Part shown: positions 6,462 through 15,271 of the stretch, in pieces
How the letters are laid out: every line of letters starts with the position of its first letter
Numbering within the stretch: position 1 is the stretch's first letter
Source: an uncultured Candidatus Saccharibacteria bacterium
Lineage (GTDB): Bacteria > Patescibacteriota > Minisyncoccia > Phycocordibacterales > UBA2163
Reading direction: 5' to 3'
Length of the DNA: 56,981 bases
NCBI GenBank assembly: GCA_964575575.1
Contig: CAZNQQ010000002.1
Location: 1-56,981 of the forward strand
The notes under the pieces: model-generated
What the model saw: only the letters and a program-made list of their open reading frames with translations
The model's database searches: none
What the model was told of the DNA's origin: nothing
Position numbers and translations under genes: made by a program

Positions 6462-8960
6462 TTATTGTCCGTGGCATTTTTTGAATTTTTTGCCGGAGCC
6501 GCAGTAGCAGGGGTCGTTGCGTCCTATCTTCTCGCCTGTTGGTGTGTGTGTATTGTCTGTAGCGGGAGCGGTCGCGACTGGGTCTTGTGGTTTTTGTGCT
6601 TGCTTTGCTAAGATACTTCCCTCTTCGTGAACTTCTTTTACTTTCTGACGTTCTTGTGCAAATGCATCACCGCCTATGTTTGGTAATAGCTTTAATACAT
6701 TGTCATCTATAGACATCTCCATATTTTTAAACAAATGTAACCCTTCTTTTTTGTATTCTATTAGTGGATCTCTTTGACCATATGCACGCAAGTTCACAGA
6801 ACCTCTTGTATAGTCCATCACCTCCAAATGCTCTACCCAAAGCATATCTATCACTTGTAGTGTTAACTTTCTAAATGCATTTAGGAACTGTTCTTCACCG
6901 AGTTGTTCTGTTTTGCTCGCTATTACTTTCTGTAGATTTTCGTCGCCTACTGTTAGCTCTTCAAGCTCTTTCTTTATCTCATCTGGAGTTCCAAGCATTA
7001 TCTTTCGTCTTCTTTCATACACAGCGGAACGTTGCTGGTTCATAATATCGTCATATTCAAGCACATGCTTACGTGAATCAAAGTTGAAGCCTTCTATCTT
7101 GGTTTGTGCTGACTCAAGAGAACGAGTTATGAGTGAGTTTTGTATTGGCTCGTCTTCTGCTATACCAAAGCGCCCCATCATCTTCTTTATCATATCTGAC
7201 GCAAATACGCGCATTAGGGAATCCTCTAACGATACAAAGAACTGTGTCTCACCTTCGTCTCCTTGCCTACCAGAACGCCCGCGAAGCTGGTTATCAATCC
7301 TTCGTGCTTCATGTCTTTCAGTACCTAGCACAAACAAACCGCCGAGTTTCTTTACCTCTTCGTATAGCTCTTGTGACCCTGGGTTACCACCTAGCTTGAT
7401 GTCTACCCCACGGCCCGCCATGTTTGTAGCGATAGTCACTCTCCCCTTTATCCCTGCTTGAGCTACTACTTCACCTTCTTGTTCGTGCTTTTTGGCATTT
7501 AAAACTTCGTGAGCTATGCCCTCGCGTGTCAGATATGCGCTTAGGAGTTCGTTCTTCTCAATAGACGCCGTACCGATAAGCACGGGTTGACCCTTTTCGT
7601 TGAGCTCTTTTACAGCACGAGCTATGGCTTTAAACTTGCCCTTTTCCGTCTGAAAAATAAGATCACCGTTATCTATTCGTTTAGTAGTGACATTTGTAGG
7701 TACAGCTATAGTATGAAGTCCGTATACACTGTAAAACTCTTCTTCTGAAGTAAGCGCCGTACCTGTCATACCGGAGAGCTTGTCGTACATCCTAAAGTAG
7801 TTTTGGAAAGTAACAGATGCAAATGTACGAGATTCTTTCTGGACGTCTACGCCCTCTTTTGCTTCTATGGCTTGATGCAGGCCCTCGGACCACCGGCGTC
7901 CTGGTTGCAAGCGACCTGTAAACTCGTCTACTATTACAACTTCACCTTCTTTGATTACATAATCTTTGTCTTTTTCAAACAGAGCTTTAGCGCGTACTGC
8001 AGTCTCTAGGTGATGCACAAACTTAATCCCCTTCTCTGTGTAAAGATTATCAACACCCAAGATCTTCTCTGCTTTTTCTACGCCTTCGTCAGTGAGCGAC
8101 GCTGCTCGCATCTTTTCATCTACTGTAAAATCCTCTTCTTTATTCATCTGCTTAGCAATCCCTGCAAACTGCGCGTACATCTCACCACTCTCTGCAGCTG
8201 GAGCTGAGATAATAAGCGGTGTTCGCGCTTCATCTATAAGTATAGAGTCTATTTCATCAACTATTGCAAAGTTGTGACCTCTTTGACGTAAGTTTGCTGG
8301 TTCGTATTCAATATTGTCTCTCAAATAATCAAAACCAAACTCATTGTTTGTACCATATGTAATATCAGCTGCATAAGCTTCTTTTCTTGTTACAGGACGT
8401 AGAAATTCATTGACTACTTTGAAAGAACCTGTTTCGTCGCGCTCTTCGTCAAGTTCTTTGTGTTCCGGATCATATATAAAAGAAGATTCATGATTAATAA
8501 TACCCACAGAAAGACCTAAGAAATCATAAACTTGCCCCATCCATACTGCATCACGCTTTGAAAGATAGTCGTTAACAGTGATTACGTGTACACCCTTTCC
8601 AGAAAGCGCGTTGAGATACACAGGGAGTGTCGCAACTAAAGTCTTTCCCTCACCTGTACGCATCTCGGCAATATTTCCTTGATGCATAATAATACCTCCT
8701 ATAAGTTGAACATCGAAGTGTCTTTGTTCTAAATTACGCTTGGCTGCTTCACGTACTACTGCATACGCCTCTGGCAGAAGCTCATCAAGCGTTTCGCCCT
8801 TTGAAAGTCTTTCTTTAAACTCTGTGGTTTTCTCTTTAAGAGCATCATCTGAAAGCGCAGAAATACCACTCTCAAAAGAGTTTACTTGTGAGACTATAGG
8901 CTCTATACCTTTTAGAGCCTTTTTATTTTCGTCGCCAAATAGCTTTTTCAGTGAAAACAT
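6462..8960 (-). CDS. secA: Preprotein translocase ATPase SecA
   Basis: 832 aa. Shows MRTGEGKTLVATLP (Walker A), DEIDSILIDEARTPLIIS (DEAD-like), TNMAGRGVDIKLGG, and the C-terminal zinc finger CYCGSGKKFKKCHG. Confidence 0.97.
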   Translation of the reverse strand: MFSLKKLFGDENKKALKGIEPIVSQVNSFESGISALSDDALKEKTTEFKERLSKGETLDELLPEAYAVVREAAKRNLEQRHFDVQLIGGIIMHQGNIAEMRTGEGKTLVATLPVYLNALSGKGVHVITVNDYLSKRDAVWMGQVYDFLGLSVGIINHESSFIYDPEHKELDEERDETGSFKVVNEFLRPVTRKEAYAADITYGTNNEFGFDYLRDNIEYEPANLRQRGHNFAIVDEIDSILIDEARTPLIISAPAAESGEMYAQFAGIAKQMNKEEDFTVDEKMRAASLTDEGVEKAEKILGVDNLYTEKGIKFVHHLETAVRAKALFEKDKDYVIKEGEVVIVDEFTGRLQPGRRWSEGLHQAIEAKEGVDVQKESRTFASVTFQNYFRMYDKLSGMTGTALTSEEEFYSVYGLHTIAVPTNVTTKRIDNGDLIFQTEKGKFKAIARAVKELNEKGQPVLIGTASIEKNELLSAYLTREGIAHEVLNAKKHEQEGEVVAQAGIKGRVTIATNMAGRGVDIKLGGNPGSQELYEEVKKLGGLFVLGTERHEARRIDNQLRGRSGRQGDEGETQFFVSLEDSLMRVFASDMIKKMMGRFGIAEDEPIQNSLITRSLESAQTKIEGFNFDSRKHVLEYDDIMNQQRSAVYERRRKIMLGTPDEIKKELEELTVGDENLQKVIASKTEQLGEEQFLNAFRKLTLQVIDMLWVEHLEVMDYTRGSVNLRAYGQRDPLIEYKKEGLHLFKNMEMSIDDNVLKLLPNIGGDAFAQERQKVKEVHEEGSILAKQAQKPQDPVATAPATDNTHTPTGEKIGRNDPCYCGSGKKFKKCHGQ

Positions 8961-8981
8961 AGTAATTTAACCATTTTAACA

Positions 8982-9013
8982 CAAAAACAAAGCCCCGTAT
9001 ATACGGGGCTTTG
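8982..9013 (-). terminator. Rho-independent terminator after the H1-like gene
   Basis: Perfect 26-nt palindrome caaagccccgtat/atacggggctttg at 8988-9013 with a GC-rich stem. Followed on the minus strand by tttttgtg. Confidence 0.7.
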
Positions 9014-9031
9014 TTTAGCTTTGAGACGAGA

Positions 9032-9325
9032 TTATCGTCGTCGTCGCTTTGCTGGCTTTCGCTTTGCAGCTTTTCTTTTAGCCGGCTTTCGCTTTGCAGC
9101 TTTTCGCTTTGGAGCAGCTTTCTTTCTTTTAGCTGGCTTCCTTTTAGCAGCTTTTCTTTTAGCTGGCTTTCGCTTTGCAGCTTTTCTTTTAGCTGGCTTC
9201 CTTTTAGCAGCCTTTCGCTTTGGAGCAGCTTTTCTTTTAGCTGGCTTTCGCTTTGCTACTTTTCGCTTTGGAGCAGCTTTTCTTTTAGCTGGCTTCCTTT
9301 TAGCAGCTTTTCTTTTTGTTGCCAT
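9032..9325 (-). CDS. Histone-H1-like Lys/Ala/Arg/Pro tandem-repeat basic protein (putative nucleoid-associated)
   Basis: 97 aa: MATKRKAAKRKPAKRKAAPKRK... Imperfect 10-aa units AKRKPAKRKA, ending in RRRR. A strong terminator lies immediately downstream. The two long plus-strand ORFs over the same DNA translate to implausible F/L/S repeats. Confidence 0.65.
   Translation of the reverse strand: MATKRKAAKRKPAKRKAAPKRKVAKRKPAKRKAAPKRKAAKRKPAKRKAAKRKPAKRKAAKRKPAKRKKAAPKRKAAKRKPAKRKAAKRKPAKRRRR
9040..9320. repeat. Imperfect ~30-nt tandem DNA repeats (coding repeats of the H1-like gene)
   Basis: Units such as gcagcttttcttttagctggctttcgcttt recur head-to-tail across the CDS. Confidence 0.8.
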
Positions 9326-9529
9326 AATGATTTTAATTGATCAATTAATTATTAGTAACCAAACAACAACAACTGCCGACCAATCTAATTTTATTTTTAA
9401 ATTTAAAATAAAATTTAAAAATAAAAACGTTGCATGTGTTTACTTATATTATCTAATACAAAAAAAGTTAAAACAATATTTTTTTTAAAAAAGTGGGGAT
9501 AACTAAAAAAACTTTTTTATAAAACTTTT

Positions 9530-10462
9530 TTAAAATTTTCCAACAAAAATTATTTCTGGAGTAATTTTTATTTTTCTTTCATTAAAAACTTTTTGTGCAA
9601 CACTGTCAGTAAACTTTTTTATTTCTTTTGCATTTGTGTTGCCCAAATTTACAACAACGAGTGGTTGCTTTTCGTAAAGCGCAACATTGTTTTCTTTATA
9701 TCCCTTTAGTCCAAGTTCATCTAATATTTTAGCCAGATGTATTTTATTGCCGTCTATTATAGGGTTTTTAAAAAAGGATCCAGCAGTGCCATACTTGTTT
9801 AAATCAGGAAACTTATTGCCTCTTATATTTCCTATAGCGTCTCTTAATTGCCCTATACTTGGAGTTTTAGAGGCAAAATACGCCTTAATGTCTTTATATG
9901 ACAGATTTAACTCTCTGTCTTTAAAAAGCTGTAAACAAACCTTTGTGACGACATAGTTTTTATTTTTCTTAAACACGCTGTTTCTGTATTCAAACTCGCA
10001 TTCATTGTTTTCTAAAATAAAAGTTTTTAAAGTTTCTAAATCAAACACTTCCACATACTTCACGATGTCCTTTATCTCACTTCCATATGCGCCGATGTTC
10101 CCTATTACGCCAGCGCCAACTGTGCCTGGTATGAAAGACATGTTTTCTATTCCGTATAACTCTTTCTCTACTGCAAGTTTAACTATGTCGTCCCAACTCT
10201 CCCCTGCACTCACAATTACTTTACTGCCTTCAAATACAATACCTTTTAATTCTATTTTTATAACCAAACCTTTAAAACCGTTGTCAGATATTAAAACGTT
10301 TGAGCCACTACCTAAAATAAAAACTTCCAAATCTTTTTGCTTTGCAAACTGTACAGCTTCTTTAAGTTCGTCTAATTGAGATACTTTACAAAAATAATCG
10401 GCTGGACCGCCGACCTTAAAAGTGCTGAGTTGCCTAAGAGATATGTTTTTCTCTATATTCAT
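9530..10462 (-). CDS. murB: UDP-N-acetylenolpyruvoylglucosamine reductase
   Basis: 310 aa. Shows LSTFKVGGPADYF, FILGSGSNVLISDNGFKGLVI (FAD-binding), and the C-terminal MurB block GSFFKNP. Confidence 0.9.
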   Translation of the reverse strand: MNIEKNISLRQLSTFKVGGPADYFCKVSQLDELKEAVQFAKQKDLEVFILGSGSNVLISDNGFKGLVIKIELKGIVFEGSKVIVSAGESWDDIVKLAVEKELYGIENMSFIPGTVGAGVIGNIGAYGSEIKDIVKYVEVFDLETLKTFILENNECEFEYRNSVFKKNKNYVVTKVCLQLFKDRELNLSYKDIKAYFASKTPSIGQLRDAIGNIRGNKFPDLNKYGTAGSFFKNPIIDGNKIHLAKILDELGLKGYKENNVALYEKQPLVVVNLGNTNAKEIKKFTDSVAQKVFNERKIKITPEIIFVGKF

Positions 10463-10563
10463 ATGATTCCGTCAAATTATGACCGGCGAGAGCGAGCTCC
10501 AATAAAAGTCTATGTGAGTGCCGACGCCGGTCGTAGCTTGAAACAATCAGTTAGGTACATAAT

Positions 10564-10592
10564 AATAGTAATACATTTGACAAATATCTGCA
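10564..10592 (-). promoter_or_regulatory. Candidate murB promoter (TTGCAG-17-TACTAT), back-to-back with the plus-strand promoter
   Basis: Read on the minus strand: -35 at 10592-10587, 17-nt spacer, -10 at 10569-10564. Would give a ~95-nt murB leader. Confidence 0.3.
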
Positions 10593-10603
10593 ATCTGCTA
10601 TAC
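10576..10603 (+). promoter_or_regulatory. Near-consensus sigma-70-type promoter (TTGACA-16-TATACT) with no CDS downstream
   Basis: TTGACA at 10576-10581 and TATACT at 10598-10603. It shares TTGACAAATAT...ATCTGCT with the promoter at 46299. Confidence 0.5.
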
Positions 10604-10609
10604 TACTTA

Positions 10610-10678
10610 TGTGAGTGTCACTTTAGGGTGGCTCTAACGAAAGTCTACAAAAACCCCGCCTCACGGCGGGTTTTTTGT
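10610..10678 (+). ncRNA. Candidate ~70-nt small RNA defined by promoter plus intrinsic terminator; family unknown
   Basis: The predicted transcript starts about 7 nt after the -10 and ends at the hairpin/T-tract at 10651-10680. The only ATG is followed at once by TGA. Contains GTGAGTG (10610-10616) and AAAGTCTA (10639-10646). Confidence 0.35.
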
Positions 10679-10680
10679 TT
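10651..10680. terminator. Bidirectional intrinsic terminator (sRNA candidate on +, Wzy_C/TPR gene on -)
   Basis: Stem cccgcc/ggcggg with loop tcac, flanked by an A-run upstream and TTTTTTGTTTTT downstream. Immediately follows the stop of CDS 10681..12858. Confidence 0.7.
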
Positions 10681-12858
10681 TTATGGATTTCGTCCTGCCT
10701 GTATCTCTTTTATAAAGAATTCTCCTTGATCTTTGAAGTTAGGGTCAAGGTCTATCGCTTTTTGTATTTCAGTTATAGCATTTTGTCTTCTACCGACCTG
10801 CAGATATGCTGCAGCTAAAGATACGTGGAATTGTGGATTTTCTGGATTTTTCTCAATAGACAACTCCCACGAACGTACTACGTCATTAAACCGCCCTGCT
10901 CGAGTGTATGCATTTATAATCCTGCCTTCAGTTCTGTCTTTGTCTGATATAGGGCCAATCTCAGCATCTACTTGCGCTTCTTTACCGGCGTATATCGCTC
11001 CTACTCTATAGATTATCTCAGCGTTTTTGAAGTTAGTATCAAGTTCATAGGCGTCTTTAAATATTTCAAATGCTTTGTCGGTATCTCCAAGATTTAGATA
11101 TGTAGTCCCTAGTTCAAACCTGATGGTTTGTTTGTCAGGAGAAAGTTCAACTGCTTTTTTGAGGTGCGGAAGGGCTTCATTGAACAAATTAAACTGATTT
11201 AAAAATCCACCGTAGAAAATCCTCAATCTAGCATCGTTTGGCACTTCTTCGATAAGCGCACCCATGGTTTTGTTGGCAAGTTCAAAAAACTTCGTTTGTG
11301 TTTCAATATCTGCTCCTTGGTTTCTTATATTAAGCGCAGTGGTTATCATTTGTTCTGCCACCTCTTGCTTGCCGACAACTCCATATGTCGTAGCTTTCTC
11401 AAAACTTGCAATGTTCGCATCAAAACCTTCTGCTTGTGGTGATATACTAGCTATAATAGCTTTTGCTGTTGACATTCCTTTTATATTAAAGAAATAAAGA
11501 GAAAAGATTACTGCAACAATAATAAAAGGTACAGCGACTTTCTTCATACTACCGTTTTCTATGTTTTGCTGTTGAGTATTGTCATCGTCTGCTTTTTTCA
11601 TAACAGAATGTGCGTAGATATACGCAGCGACAGAGAAGAACAAGATGTAACTTATGATATTATCAAACACAAACAAATTGTGGAAGAAATATCCTGCCAA
11701 AAGCCCCGTAAATATACTTTTTTCTGTCACCGACAAACTTATCTCAAGTCGGCGCCATAGGTAATAAAGCATAAATATAGGTATAGCTATGTAAGAGAGA
11801 AAACCGAGTATACCTCCAGCTATTAACCAGTCAAATACAATGTTGTGTACTCTGTCAAACCACTGTTCTTGCGCATAAAGTGATGGCTTATAGTTTTTAT
11901 TAAACACAAGATTAAAGTTCTCCTGACCCCAACCAAGTATAGGCCGCTCTTTAACTCCTTCCCAAGCCATTCCCCAAATAGTAAAACGTGGAGCACCTTC
12001 TTCAAGAGTTATGTGAGAAAGCCTACTTAAAACTTGTCCTTGTTTTACAAACTTAGTATCCTTTATAGCAACAAAAACACCTACTAAAACTACAATCACA
12101 ATGAGTGATATTGTTGATACCTTTCTTATTCTTCTTCTGTTTTTCTCAAATAAAGCAATCAGAAGAGTCGTAAGAAATGCTCCTGCTACGATACCGAGCA
12201 GTGTACTTCTTGTTGCTGTAAAATATAAAGTAACAAACTGTAATAAAATAACTGCACCATATAAATACTTCACCCACGAAGCACCGCGCCATCTTACAAG
12301 CAAAAATAGCGTAATAAATATATGGAAAAACATATAAATTGCCAAGTACGATGCATTACCAAAAGTACCATCGAGACGTACTCCACCCTGATTTATATTA
12401 ATCTTTCCTGCAAGTTGTAATAATCCATATATACCAATAATGGCACTTACTGCAACAGTTGTATTCCAAAACCAATTCCAAAGTTTTTCAGTATTTAATA
12501 CTGTACCAGCAACAATGAAATATCCAAGAAGATGAACTAGGGTAAGAAGCCCCTCCATTCTTTCAAAGTTTGACCAGAAGCTTTTAAAGAAATTTGCACC
12601 AAATATATCAGCGATAGCAATAATACCCACAAAAGAAAGTACGGATATCAAAAGCCAAGAAAACTTAGGCCTATACGCTTTGTCAAATACAGCTAGGATT
12701 GCCCATCCACCTAAGAGAAGCTCGATTAATATTCTAAACAAAAAGTTCTTCCCCGTAATAAAAGGGAAAAACATAGTACTGGATATAACAAATGGTATAA
12801 AAGGTATTATAAATATACCGCCAATTAGTAGATATTTAAGAATTCTTCTGATTTTCAT
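10681..12858 (-). CDS. O-antigen ligase/polymerase-like (Wzy_C domain) polytopic membrane protein with C-terminal TPR repeats
   Basis: 725 aa with about 10-12 TM segments. Shows GVRLDGTFGNASYLAIYM and TATRSTLLG, which are Wzy_C-like. The C-terminal ~230 aa have TPR-like repeats (LGDTDKAFEIFKDAYELDTNF, AAAYLQVGRRQNAITEIQKAIDLDPNF). Confidence 0.8.
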   Translation of the reverse strand: MKIRRILKYLLIGGIFIIPFIPFVISSTMFFPFITGKNFLFRILIELLLGGWAILAVFDKAYRPKFSWLLISVLSFVGIIAIADIFGANFFKSFWSNFERMEGLLTLVHLLGYFIVAGTVLNTEKLWNWFWNTTVAVSAIIGIYGLLQLAGKININQGGVRLDGTFGNASYLAIYMFFHIFITLFLLVRWRGASWVKYLYGAVILLQFVTLYFTATRSTLLGIVAGAFLTTLLIALFEKNRRRIRKVSTISLIVIVVLVGVFVAIKDTKFVKQGQVLSRLSHITLEEGAPRFTIWGMAWEGVKERPILGWGQENFNLVFNKNYKPSLYAQEQWFDRVHNIVFDWLIAGGILGFLSYIAIPIFMLYYLWRRLEISLSVTEKSIFTGLLAGYFFHNLFVFDNIISYILFFSVAAYIYAHSVMKKADDDNTQQQNIENGSMKKVAVPFIIVAVIFSLYFFNIKGMSTAKAIIASISPQAEGFDANIASFEKATTYGVVGKQEVAEQMITTALNIRNQGADIETQTKFFELANKTMGALIEEVPNDARLRIFYGGFLNQFNLFNEALPHLKKAVELSPDKQTIRFELGTTYLNLGDTDKAFEIFKDAYELDTNFKNAEIIYRVGAIYAGKEAQVDAEIGPISDKDRTEGRIINAYTRAGRFNDVVRSWELSIEKNPENPQFHVSLAAAYLQVGRRQNAITEIQKAIDLDPNFKDQGEFFIKEIQAGRNP

Positions 12859-12907
12859 TCTGTATACTATATCATATATTATATATTAAACATAAATCAG
12901 ATAAATT

Positions 12908-13603
12908 TTACTTTTTTTTCAAGAAAAAACATACTCTGTCTGAAAAAGCTTCGCAACGTGGTAATATTCTATTTTTTGCTGGGAAATTAACCCCCGGCAA
13001 GAAATTTAGTCGTCCTAGCATCGGCATAGGGCCTCTGTTGTAGTGAGTTTTTACTAAGTCAAAGTCCTTCAAATAAGTCTTCTTGAAAACGTCTTTTGTG
13101 GTAAAAAGTAAATGATTATTATCAAGTGTCCAACCAGACATACTGCCAGTAAGTGCAAATTTTATTCTATAGAAGATATTAAATTGATTTGGGATTGAAA
13201 ATATAAACATCCCGTCTTTCTTTAAAGTTCTTGATGTTTCTTGTGCAATTAGAAAGTAATTTTCTAGATGTTCAACTACCTGAAAAGCGACGACGACATC
13301 TAGTTCGTCATTTTTGAAATTTAACTTCTCGATATTCAAATCTAATGACTGATGTTTGTATTTTTTATTCTCAAGATAGTTTGCTAAATCGGCACCATAT
13401 AAATCCTGGAAGCCTATTTTGTCTAATTTATCAAGAAAATAGCCTCTACCACACCCTATTTCAAGTATCTTGGAATCTTTTTTAATGAATTTATTAAAAT
13501 AATCAAAGATAAAGGGCTCTTTTAAAATCCAGCTCAATGACTCTTTAATACCAACGTACAATTCTGGCTTCTCTTTTATTTTTTTTGATTCTAAATATTC
13601 CAT
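12908..13603 (-). CDS. Class I SAM-dependent methyltransferase
   Basis: 231 aa. Motif I ILEIGCGRGYFLDKL; post-I/II DVVVAFQVVEHL. Confidence 0.75.
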   Translation of the reverse strand: MEYLESKKIKEKPELYVGIKESLSWILKEPFIFDYFNKFIKKDSKILEIGCGRGYFLDKLDKIGFQDLYGADLANYLENKKYKHQSLDLNIEKLNFKNDELDVVVAFQVVEHLENYFLIAQETSRTLKKDGMFIFSIPNQFNIFYRIKFALTGSMSGWTLDNNHLLFTTKDVFKKTYLKDFDLVKTHYNRGPMPMLGRLNFLPGVNFPAKNRILPRCEAFSDRVCFFLKKK

Positions 13604-14548
13604 TTATATATTTAAATGTTTTTTGAGCTTATTCGCAATAAACACGTCTGTGGCTACTCTAGATTCATAAGTCATTCCCCCTATATGTGGAACAATTATC
13701 AAGTTTTGATTTTGTTTAGCATATTCAACAAGTGGATGATCAGAAAAATTTTCAGCAAATTTAAGTTCATCTGCTAACACATCTGTTCCATATCCTGCTA
13801 TTTGCTTTTTTTCAAGCGCTTTGACTAAATCATCTTCGTTGACTATCTTACCACGCGATGTGTTTACAATATAAGCATTATTTTTTATTTTCCCCAAGAC
13901 TTTAGAATCAAACATGTTCTCAGTTTCATTATTTAAAGGTGCGTGGATTGAAATTATGTCACTGTTTGAAAGCAATTCATCAAAAGATTTTTTTTCATAT
14001 TCAGTATCATCAACATATGGATCACAGTAAATCACATTCATATTGAATGCTTTTCCATATCGCGCCATCCATCTACCCAAACGCCCTAATCCAACAATAC
14101 CAAGTGTCTTGCCATACAGATTATGCCCACGAAATTTTTCTCTATCCCACTGATAATTTTTTACAGAATCAAATGCTGCTGGTGTTAATCGCAATAATTG
14201 GACCATAAGACCAAATGCAAGTTCTGCTGTACCTGTAATAGAATTTAAAAACTCTGTCTCCTCTTTTAGACTTAGCACTTCTACACTCTTTGACTGTGCA
14301 TATTCCAAATCAATATGATCAAGCCCTGTTGCGGGAACTGCGATAGCTTTCAGATTTTTTGCTTTTTCAAGTATGTCTTTGTCGAAATTAAGACCAAGTC
14401 CAATGACAGCCATGTCATACTTTTCTATAATCTCCACCAGCTCATTTTGTGTCGGTGTAATATAATCAACTTCTCCAAGCTCACCCAAAATAGCCTTTGC
14501 TTCATTAGCATAATCTTCCCCAATTGTATTTAAAATTTTATATAACAT
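13604..14548 (-). CDS. D-isomer-specific 2-hydroxyacid dehydrogenase (phosphoglycerate-dehydrogenase-like), NAD-binding
   Basis: 314 aa. Shows GKTLGIVGLGRLGRWMARYG, NTSRGKIV and VPHIGGMT. Confidence 0.85.
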   Translation of the reverse strand: MLYKILNTIGEDYANEAKAILGELGEVDYITPTQNELVEIIEKYDMAVIGLGLNFDKDILEKAKNLKAIAVPATGLDHIDLEYAQSKSVEVLSLKEETEFLNSITGTAELAFGLMVQLLRLTPAAFDSVKNYQWDREKFRGHNLYGKTLGIVGLGRLGRWMARYGKAFNMNVIYCDPYVDDTEYEKKSFDELLSNSDIISIHAPLNNETENMFDSKVLGKIKNNAYIVNTSRGKIVNEDDLVKALEKKQIAGYGTDVLADELKFAENFSDHPLVEYAKQNQNLIIVPHIGGMTYESRVATDVFIANKLKKHLNI

Positions 14549-14552
14549 ATTA

Positions 14553-15260
14553 TTATTTCTTAAGCCTGTTCATCCAGAATTCTGCGAGCTCAAAGTCAAT
14601 TGGTTCATTTATATCAGTAGAGCGTTCTTCTGGCATAACATAGGGTCGCGACACTTTGCCGAACAAATCCCCTTTCATTATGTATTCGACTTTTGTGAGA
14701 TATATTGCACAATTTCTTTTATATACTTTTGAAAGCTCTTGTCTTCGTGCAGATTTTTTTCCCTCATCTTCTAAAAATGGCAAGATCTTATCGTCTTCTA
14801 TTTTCTTCAATTTTTTAAGCGAGAAATCTGTAAGTTCCACCATACTCATCACTGAATCTGCGTCCGTATCAACAATTTTTTTAATACATTCATCTATATC
14901 TTCTACACTGCGCAATGGCGAAGTCGGCTGTAAAATCATCAAATGATCGTATTCTTCATTATCATTTTCTTTAAGCCATTTTAGAACATGCTGCACAACC
15001 TCCATTGAAGTACTTTTATCTCCAGCTATTTCTTTTGGACGCATAAATGGCACGTCCCCTTTATATTTTTTAGAAACTTCTGCGATATCATCATCATCAG
15101 TTGATACTATTGTACGCGTTATATATTTACTTTTATTTGCAGCTTCAATAGTGTATGCAATCAAAGGTTTTCCTGAAAATGGTTTTATATTTTTACCAGG
15201 GATTCCTTTTGAACCGCCACGCGCTGTTATAACAGCTAATACTTTTTTTTCTTTATACAT
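14553..15260 (-). CDS. neuA: Acylneuraminate (nonulosonate) cytidylyltransferase, CMP-NulO synthetase
   Basis: 235 aa. AVITARGGSKGIPGKNIKPFSGKPLIAYTIEAA and LQPTSPLR are typical of the CMP-NeuAc synthetase family. The sugar specificity (Neu/Leg/other) is not determinable here. Confidence 0.8.
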   Translation of the reverse strand: MYKEKKVLAVITARGGSKGIPGKNIKPFSGKPLIAYTIEAANKSKYITRTIVSTDDDDIAEVSKKYKGDVPFMRPKEIAGDKSTSMEVVQHVLKWLKENDNEEYDHLMILQPTSPLRSVEDIDECIKKIVDTDADSVMSMVELTDFSLKKLKKIEDDKILPFLEDEGKKSARRQELSKVYKRNCAIYLTKVEYIMKGDLFGKVSRPYVMPEERSTDINEPIDFELAEFWMNRLKK

Positions 15261-15271
15261 AATTAATATAA

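Noticed and set aside
9011-9488. Plus-strand ORFs over the repeat region, and the possibility that the regular ~30-nt repeats are a CRISPR-like array
   Set aside because: The repeats are contiguous, without unique spacers. They are in frame with a plausible basic protein on the minus strand, which has its own terminator. The plus-strand translations (FRFAAFLLAG..., SFSWLSLCSF...) look like artefacts of repeat symmetry.
10525-10600. tRNA-like start (GCCGGTCGTAGCTTGAAAC resembles an acceptor plus D-arm)
   Set aside because: No anticodon stem, T-arm (GTTCGAATC-like) or acceptor 3' complement could be folded. It is better explained as the 3' arm of the GC-rich murB-leader hairpin.
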